This document shows positions 51,901 through 60,900 of a DNA stretch of 64,000 nucleotides, piece after piece. Where the stretch lies: assembly GCF_910592395.1 (NCBI RefSeq), contig NC_088308.1:1736001-1800000 (forward strand), given 5' to 3'. Each line of letters starts with the position of its first letter. Within the stretch, counting starts at the first letter, position 1. A model generated the notes under the pieces. That model was not told the origin of the DNA. It saw only the letters and a program-made list of their open reading frames with translations, and did no database searches. A program made the position numbers and the translations under genes. The stretch comes from Lineus longissimus. Lineage: Eukaryota.

Positions 51901-54900
51901 CTATGAGCTTCGAATGTAATCTCAGTGAGAGAATAGCCTCGGATACATACGTATATCTTCAATCCAATTTCTGAAATCTGGAACTCATGGAACTTTCTCG
52001 TTCCACTGATTCATCGAAAAGGTAACCACAAATCTCCACTATTTTAAGATCTTGGAGCTTTTTCTCTATTTACTCCATCTAGACACGGCCTTAACAGCTA
52101 TAAATACACCAATCATCTGTTCGTGATCACGAGTCGATGGTGTTTATTTTTCTCTTGAAACAACGAATGTTAGACAAGCGTTGGCAGGTAGCCCCAACGA
52201 GTGGAATATTGGGCTCATCATTGATACGGGAGTGAGGGATAACTATGTACACCTAACGTAGATTGACCTGCTCCGAACTTAACTACAGATTAACTAGAGA
52301 GTCAGCCTGAATTTCATTCCACGTGATCTTACCTTGGATCTTGATTGCCTCTCGGCTTCAAGTTCCTCCTCGAGTTCTTCAATACGGGCCTGAAAGATAA
52401 AACCAAATATTGTGAGGGGCGTTGATATTTGTAAGTGATCTTCCAATTGTTTTGGCATACTGGACAGGCTCGCTCTTTACATGTAAAATATTAGATTTAG
52501 TTCAACACTACTAATCTTGTTGGATGAATAAATGAACACTTTTCAAAAAGTCAACACTGACCGAAACAGTGAAATATGGTGAATGTGATAGGCAACACGC
52601 AGACATACACACATGACACAACTGACACACACTCAAACAACCGCGACAAACATACCGGTCATTCTAAATGTTTATATGAACCTATCATACCCGCCCAGTA
52701 TTTGAAGCCCAAACAAAATCTGCTCAATTCCTACAGACACCGAAGTATATCTTGCTACGTATACATGTCTTAAGGGAATCAGAAACTGGTTAAAGAATCT
52801 CTGGTGAAAATAAAAATGGCATTTGATATTATGATACCAACGGGGGCCGCGTATACGTACTTCGTACATTTGTTTCGCCTGGCGGTCACTGTAACCGCCC
52901 CACTCCCCCACTTCGCGAATCACCCTCTTACTCTTCGCACTAAGGTGTGGATTTATCGTGGACAAGCTCGCTTTGAGCTTATGAAGGGGATGACGGTAAC
53001 TATCTTTGGAATCCCAGGATGAATATCCATTCGCGCTGTAGCTATCGTAGCTCCTGTCATAGTCTTGCACACGTTTACTTGGTCGGTAGTCGTTTCCATA
53101 AGTATAAGCATAGCCAGCGTGGTGATGCTGACGATAGGTATCAGAATCGTTTACTTTTGCACTAACTGTCGGGATTCCGTGCCCATTAACATGAGCACGA
53201 GGAGGGGAGTTCCGCTGATAGTAATCGTCCGACACATCACTCTCAACTACGCGTGGACGGTTCGCGGAGACCTCAGCCTCCACGGCTATTTGAGCAGGGG
53301 TGGGTTCGTGAACGACCGCGTGTTCTCTATCTGGGTACTCCTCCACGGTCACAACGGGTAAAGGCATTCCGTTAACTTCAACCGACATCCTGAATCCTTA
53401 GATGCCGAAAGATCGAAACAAAAACACGCGTTAGCTTACTAAGCTAACTTAGCCAAGCTATATCAAAATACCTCCAGAAAACACAAGAACACGTTGGATG
53501 AACTCCACTGTCCGAAAACGCAATTTAACTATCCACGGTATCGACAGCGTGTTCACTTTAAGATGACTGCATCTGACATCGGCATTTGAGAATCGAAAGG
53601 TGAGGAGGATTTCTAGGAGGGGAGTGGAAAGTAATCACTAGTCTATATCCATTAGTCTAGTTGTTGGATGATCAACACTCCCTCCAACTGACGCAACAAC
53701 CACAACCACCGCCCAGTCAGGATTAAGAACGCGGAGAGGATGCTGGGAGATTCCAGTTTGCCTCTCCAAACACCTGGCGCGGTATCTCTAAACGTTTTTT
53801 AAGTTTGGCATCTTGAACATGTTAAAGTGATTCTGGGACCGGCGCATTCACGCTTTATTGGTTTACTTCAATGACTCATGGTAGTACACAGATGAACGGC
53901 AGCACGAATACGTTCCAAGAATACTTGAAACCTTAAATGCACAGACGTATGTACACAAATCAGTGCATAGAGGCGTCCTTCTTAGCTTGGTTCTGGTTTG
54001 AATGTTGAATATCTTCATTTCACCAAGACGTGAACGGAGAATACAATTGGAATGTGCAGATATCAGTGTATAATGTACCACACACTTAGCTTGGGTCTTT
54101 GGGTATTTTTACTTTTCTCCGCCGCCTCTTACCTGAACTATTTCAGGAAGATAACTTTTTAATGGCATGTACAACATGTGGAATCTTTGTAAAAGTTCGC
54201 ATAATCACTGATAAGTGATTATAAGGTATGCACTTTTTCGTCATGTTGTCTGCCCACCTACACTCAAATATGCCTGGGGCGGTCTCATGCGTTGCCCAAA
54301 CTTAATCGTTTGTATAACGCACACACTTTGAATATTTTAAGAATATCGGTCCCGCCACTACAGCCATCAAATCATCATTAGATAAACGATTACTTCCAAA
54401 TCATCTTTTGATTCTCTTCACATGAGATGAGTCTTTTGGGATTCTTGCAACCAATGTTCCACCACAATTACTCCAAGTTGATGATATGATATCCTCACCA
54501 TCTATGACCTTAAAGGATATGCATGAGTTCAGTCTCCAACCTGAGCGAACTTTCTCTGTAGAGGGAGTGAACATGCAGGTTTAAGTGCTTATCAGTAGGA
54601 AGGCCTTTGAGGAATCTGCTCTGATCGCTCTAAAGACAGACGCGGGCGGACACACCCAACATTCAGGTGCCATATACCTTAAACTTATCTCTACGAAAAC
54701 ACATATTATAGTTATAGAAATTGGCAGACGCACCTGCGGAGCATAACTGTTTTTTCCAGCGATAAACGCACTGACATGGCGAGAGAAATTCACTTTTTTG
54801 CTTCCCAATTTTAGAATCACCATGCCATAAACCAGTTGTGAAAGCCAGGCTTCGCTACAGCGGTAAAAGCAGAAAAACTGCGTGGCTTTCGCAGGCGTTG

Positions 54901-57900
54901 GTAGGTGATTGGTGATCGGATTTGCGAAGACAATTTGTAGGAATTTGAGATACATGTTAAAATACGACGAAACGGAGATTGATCATGATAGTTTGGCAAC
55001 TGCTTTACTTCGTCAACTATCACCATCTGTTTGAGGAACATCTGTAGGTACATTAAACGTCCTCTGGTCCTGAGGTTCGAGGCAACAACCTACCACTGCC
55101 CAATCCCCCTCCCGCGATGTGATTGGTCAAACCACTATTCTGCCAGAAACGCCAAGGTCAAGAAACATGTGGCAGAGCAGGGATGCACTGACCACGCAGC
55201 ACACGAGTCACACAAATCAGACAGACCAAGCATTCATTTATGATTGGAGCTTCCACCAAAACTGAATCACACAGGCAAAACTCACATACGCTCGTCAACT
55301 TCATTTTGAACTTGATGGTGTAAATTTCATCACGGAATGTGAGTTACAGAATGTCCCCTACCTGGAGTTCCTTGATCTTCTTCTGGAGTTGGCCGACAAG
55401 GGACTGCTCGTCTTCGTTCTTGGCGTTCAAGCTGGCGATCTCCAAGTCCTTCCTTCTCACATTCTCCTCAAGGTCCCTCTTGACTCGCTCGAGCTCTTCC
55501 ACGGTCTCCTGAGTCATCTTCAAGTCTCCCTCGAGTTTCCTCTTCACCTTCTCAACGTCGCCGCGGACCTTCTTCTCGCGCTCAAGGTTGTCTTCGAGCT
55601 GTCGTGAGACACGAAAGGAACATGTGTAGTTGTTAAGAAACGGAAAGAAATAACTGTAAAAAACATTACTAAGAATTTACTTCATTAAAATATTTGAGGC
55701 CTGTAGCACTTTGTTGAACCGTGCAGTTGTGAAGCACCAAGGTCCATGGTTGAAGAATAGCTCATTCGTTTAACTTGCGCTGCAGAAGACGAGATTACTG
55801 ATCTGCTATCACTCACCATAGAGGAAATGCAAAGAATCATGGACGACATGCTGGAAAGTTTCATATACATATACAATGAACACTGATCTTCTCTTCTGTG
55901 TCATGGTTCGATATTTTGGCAGTAACAAAAAGGATCAGCACAATGTAGAAAAGCGTTGTACTCACCTCGTCCAGAGTCTGTTCAAGTTTAGCCTTGACCT
56001 TGTTCAAGTGATTACACTTGTCCTGCGATGCCTGGAGTTCCTCGACGGTCTTCTTGTTGGTCTCCTCAAGGCTCTTCTTCTCCTTGTTCAACTTGGAGAT
56101 GGCTTCATCCTGCTGGGCCATTTCTTCGTTCAAGGTCTTGATCTGGTTGTCCTTGGCAGCCTTCTCCTGTTCAGCTTTGTGGAGGTTGCCTTCCAAGTCC
56201 TCGATGTCCTTCTTGAGTCCATCCATTGTACCCTCTAGTTTCTTCTTCACATCTTCCAAGCCATCAGCTGCGTTTTCCTCCTCGGCGAGCCTGTCTTCCA
56301 ACTCCTTGATCTGTGTCTCCATATCAGCTCGCTGGGTGATGAACTTAGCGATCTTTTCTTCAGCATCGGACAAGTTATCCTGTTCAGCTTGCACCTGGAG
56401 GAAGAGGTCGTTCTTCTGTTGAAGAAGGGTAACGTTTTGCTCTTCGAGCTCCTTCTGGAGCTTGGTGATTCGTTCGAGTTCCTCCTTAGTCTTGTCCAAC
56501 TCTTCGAGTTTCTGCTTCATCTCGTCCTCAGCAGCAGCGGCCTTCAGGAGTGGCTTTACCCTGACGTAGAGCTTCCACCATACCCAGTTCCTCAATCCGA
56601 GCCACTTCCTGATGTTACGCTGGATAACAGACAGGCCAACACTGCAAAGAGTAACAAGACAGTTTTGTGACTTGTTTGATCCCGGCATCGATCTGTTCTA
56701 TGGTCTCTTCGATAGTCTGAATGTAATTACCTTTGAGGTGTTATACTCACAAAAAGTATTTGATCGAAGTCATGGCAGCCTGAAAGTGATATTAGGGCTA
56801 GCTTACCGTTGGTCCTGGAGTTTCTTGTACTGTTTCCTCATCAAGTATCCACGGATGTGGGCCTGGAACAGCGAGATGATCCTGGAGAGACGCTCATCAC
56901 GCAAGTCTTCAAGTGTACCGAGCACACCAGCACGGAAGAACACCTTGGTGTTACCCAACCGGTATTCATTTTCACCCAATTGGAGGGCTTCAAGGATCTT
57001 GCCTGTCACGATCTTGCCGTCGATGAATCCCTGGGGGATGGCATTGGGAGCCAGGATGGAGTATCTGGAAAGATAAGAAATTGTGCCATTCGATAGGTCC
57101 CAGAATCCTTTACTTTTGCACTAACTATTGGTATTCCGTGCCCATTCACATAAGCACGAGGCGGGGAGTTCTGCTAATAGAAATCGTCCGATGGGTCACC
57201 CTCAACTCAGTCTCTACGGCTGTTTGAGCAGGGGTGGGTTTATGGACTAACGCTTGTTCTTTATCTGGGTACTCCTCCAGTCACAACGGGTAAAGGCATT
57301 CCAATAGTCAGTTATCTTGCTACTAAACGGCAAAGTTCAATCATGAAAAATAAAAAATTTAATTGAATTCTGAAAGTGGCCAGATATTCATGGAATACAA
57401 CCTTTCCTAGTGTGTACGTGTGTACGTTGATATAAAACACCACCCATTTACCGGTCATTTTGTTATTTACCTCTGCTTGAATTCAGAGTAGATCATCCTG
57501 TTGGGGAAGCCCTTTCGGCAGATACGGATGCCCTCGAGCACACCATTACAATGGAGCTGATGGAGGACGAGTCCGGGGTCGACAACACCTGAAGACAGAC
57601 ATCATAGGAAATGAGAGATCAAAGAAGAAGAGGAATGAAATTGAGCCATCAAGTTGATAGAAACTTGTCATTTAGTGTCTACTCGTGTAATTGTATTGAA
57701 TTTTATTCATTCATGTATTTATTTATTGGTTCATCTGTAGAGAAAAGCATTGCAATTGAAACGGTTGGAAACAACCAATGGTGACGTCCATTTGCTGAAT
57801 GATGTCGATAATTATTCGCAACATCCAAGGTAAGAGATAATTGGTATCAGTTTTTATTTGAAACACTAGCGACACAATCTGCATCATGTTATATCACAGT

Positions 57901-60900
57901 TGTTGCTTGTTTCATTTCTCGTTTTAAACGCTCAAAATCATCATTTCAAACATTTCAACTCCACTCAAATACATGTACAACAAAGTGCATACGAGAGAAG
58001 CTGCTGCGCACTCGAGGTATGCCGGACCGAGAAACAGAGAGTGTGCCTAATGGTAGCATTGGGTTCCTTCAAAGCAGAAGCACATGTAATAGGGTTAGTA
58101 TTGTCTTCTGGACCAGATACTCTCTGGCCTAATGGTTCATGTAACCACCAGAATTTACTTTTCTTCTTTTGAAGAAAATGAGATGACGATGTGAGAAATA
58201 TCACCCAGTCACTTTCCGATAAAGAAAAGTTATATTAAAGGTTACTCGTTTCGTGAACCGGCGTCATAGCATCATATCTTATTTTGAACCCAAAGCACCC
58301 ATTTAGAGTACATTCCGAACCACACAATAGTGAATTCAAACTTGATCATAGTCCTCGCATTCAGCATCTCAACGAGTGAATACAGAAGTTCCAAATGAAG
58401 TTTGATTTCAAGCGGACAAGTGAACAACCTGATGGTTAAAGAGTAATGGTAAGTTAAGGACCTTTGAGGAAGGCACATGCATTTGTGAGATTGGTGATTT
58501 TGTTACTTTACTGGAATGTCAGACTTCGCTTGTACCACACCAATTTACGTACAGCGAAGGTATGATTTCATAACAGACCCAGTAGGAGTTTGAACGGAGG
58601 TAGGTTTATTGAAGATTTGATAACACCGTCAAGAATTGTTTTCTTTTCTTTCTTGAGGAATGTCTTTATTGCAAAATGAAAAAAGCATCACACGATGTTA
58701 TGGACACTTTTCCTTTTTGCTAAAAAAAGGAATTCGTGGTGGCATAGCGCCGAACTTTTGATCCCAAGTCGTGGGTTCGAGACGCGGCCAGTGCCACTCT
58801 GTACTGTTAACTGCCCAGAAATGGCCAAGTAATAGTGCGGTATAAGGGCTCTTGGTTTTTACTGAAAGGTTTCTAGATGAGGCTGGGGAATGAATGTAAA
58901 CCGCTTTGAGACAGTACATTTGTACAGTATAAAAGCGTTATTCACAACATGTCATTCCATCTTAAAACCTACCTGGCTCCTTTGATTCATTGGGAATAAT
59001 GCATCTGATAAAGTTAGGGTGGGTACTTCGCAGGGTTTTCATCAATTTGTTCAGAGACTCCTACAAAAGCACACAGAGTGAGAGAAGACATGCACATGGA
59101 GTTGGGTGGAGAGTTATAGGAAAGGTTGCACACATGGAAACGAAACACACGGGTCTAATGATTATGTAAAGAGGATAGCTGTACTTAAGACGTTCATCAA
59201 AATGATATGCTGAAGTTTTAAATTTGGAAACTTGAAACTTGATTGAACTTTCATCAAGTGTTTTGTTCCACCAAGAAAATGCATATTCTTCTACAAAGAA
59301 GATCCTACCTTCCAACGAAGAGATCCTCTTTGCATAAACAGAGATAACCCTGGTTCACACATGACATAATGCTTTACACCACAACTTGTTTTTGTTTAGC
59401 ATTTTATCGTTTTGATACAAGATTTAATGATGGCAAAATAAAGTGAAATACTGGAGGTTGAACTGACTGAGTTCAGTCATTGTACCATTAGTTATGTGTG
59501 ACCAGGTGAGGAAATGTGAAAATCAAAAGCATGGTCAATGGGAGCATATCAAAGACCATTCTTTTGCTTTGCCGGAAAGGTAAGGATTTTAGGTAAAGTA
59601 GCATTTGATGGGATCCTGGGTTATTCTTCATGTGCGAGGACGCTTAGTTTGGAGGAGGTGGAGGTGCTGAAAGGAAGAAGGTGATCAAATACGCATGCTA
59701 GAGGAATATTTTGATTGGTTGGACAGGGCAGGGAAGAGTAGAACCTGCAGAAACGGAGAAAATGTACTGAAGAAGTCAATCACTCTTTTCTCTTTTGGAA
59801 ATAATGTCTTTTTGTTGGAACAAGGTTTGGTTCCAGTTCCAACCAAAAAGATAGAATGGTTCGTGAAATGTCTGCAGGCCATTAACACGACGCCCAATCG
59901 ATTGAGGGTACTGATGGATAAGTGGCTTTCTAGTATAAATAGACTCGCCCGAGCCTTTGTGTCTGGGGATATTCAGGGGTGTAAGGAGTGCATTACACGC
60001 CTCTAAAATACGTTTGAGAAAAGGTTCGGGCGTGTCTATAATTGTGGCCTGTAATCGGTGGTGTGTTCGTTCGATTCGGCACCGTGATAAACCAAGAGGA
60101 AGGTGGATTGTGGGCAGGAATTGAGCTGTTCCGGTGCAAAAGACAAATAGAAGTTAAACAGGAGCAGTATACATCTATAGAAGTCTCTTGACACAAACCG
60201 TATGCAAACATGAATTGTTAGATATTTACATAAAAAGACAGTTAGGTTTCTGACGAGGTTTGTTGGTTTGGGATGCTGCGGTTGCCTCAATGCATGGAGG
60301 GGCTTGTCTCACTGGGAACTGAAAGTGCGCAGAGTAGCCAATTCCGACAACCAATCTCATCCTCATCGTTAAGACATCCTGAAGATACAACAGGTAATAC
60401 ATAGCCACCACTCGGACTATGCTCGAGGAATAACAAATTGAAGGCAGTTGTCTGCATGACTATGCGCACTGACAGTCCAAGTGAGACGAAGAACTCAAGC
60501 GTTGACGGTGATGGTCAAGCCTAGGGAAACAGTGTCGTTTACCTGGAAACTTTTCTTCATTGGGGATGATACAGCGGATAAAGTGGGGATGGGTACAGTT
60601 GAGGTTGTACATCAATTTGTTCAAGGATTCCTGTAGATTTATGCAAATCAGGAAAGGAATATTAGATGTTGGAAGGTGGGGAATCGTTCTGTCATGCTCG
60701 ATGCGCATGAGCACAAAAGGTATAGGTTTTGGGTGACCTGCAAAGGACTTGCTTAGGTGCGATCGGGGATAGACCTTACACGAAGGTTTTAGGGTTTACA
60801 CGGTGGAAAAGGTTGGGGATTACCTGAAAATGACTTGCTCAGGTACAGTCGGGGTTAGAGGAGGGGACGGATAGACCTTATACGAAGGTTTGAGGGTTCA

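Noticed and set aside
44514..57096. Plus-strand Ser/Leu/Phe-rich ORFs overlapping Mhc exons
   Set aside because: Antisense shadows of Glu/Lys-rich coiled-coil codons.
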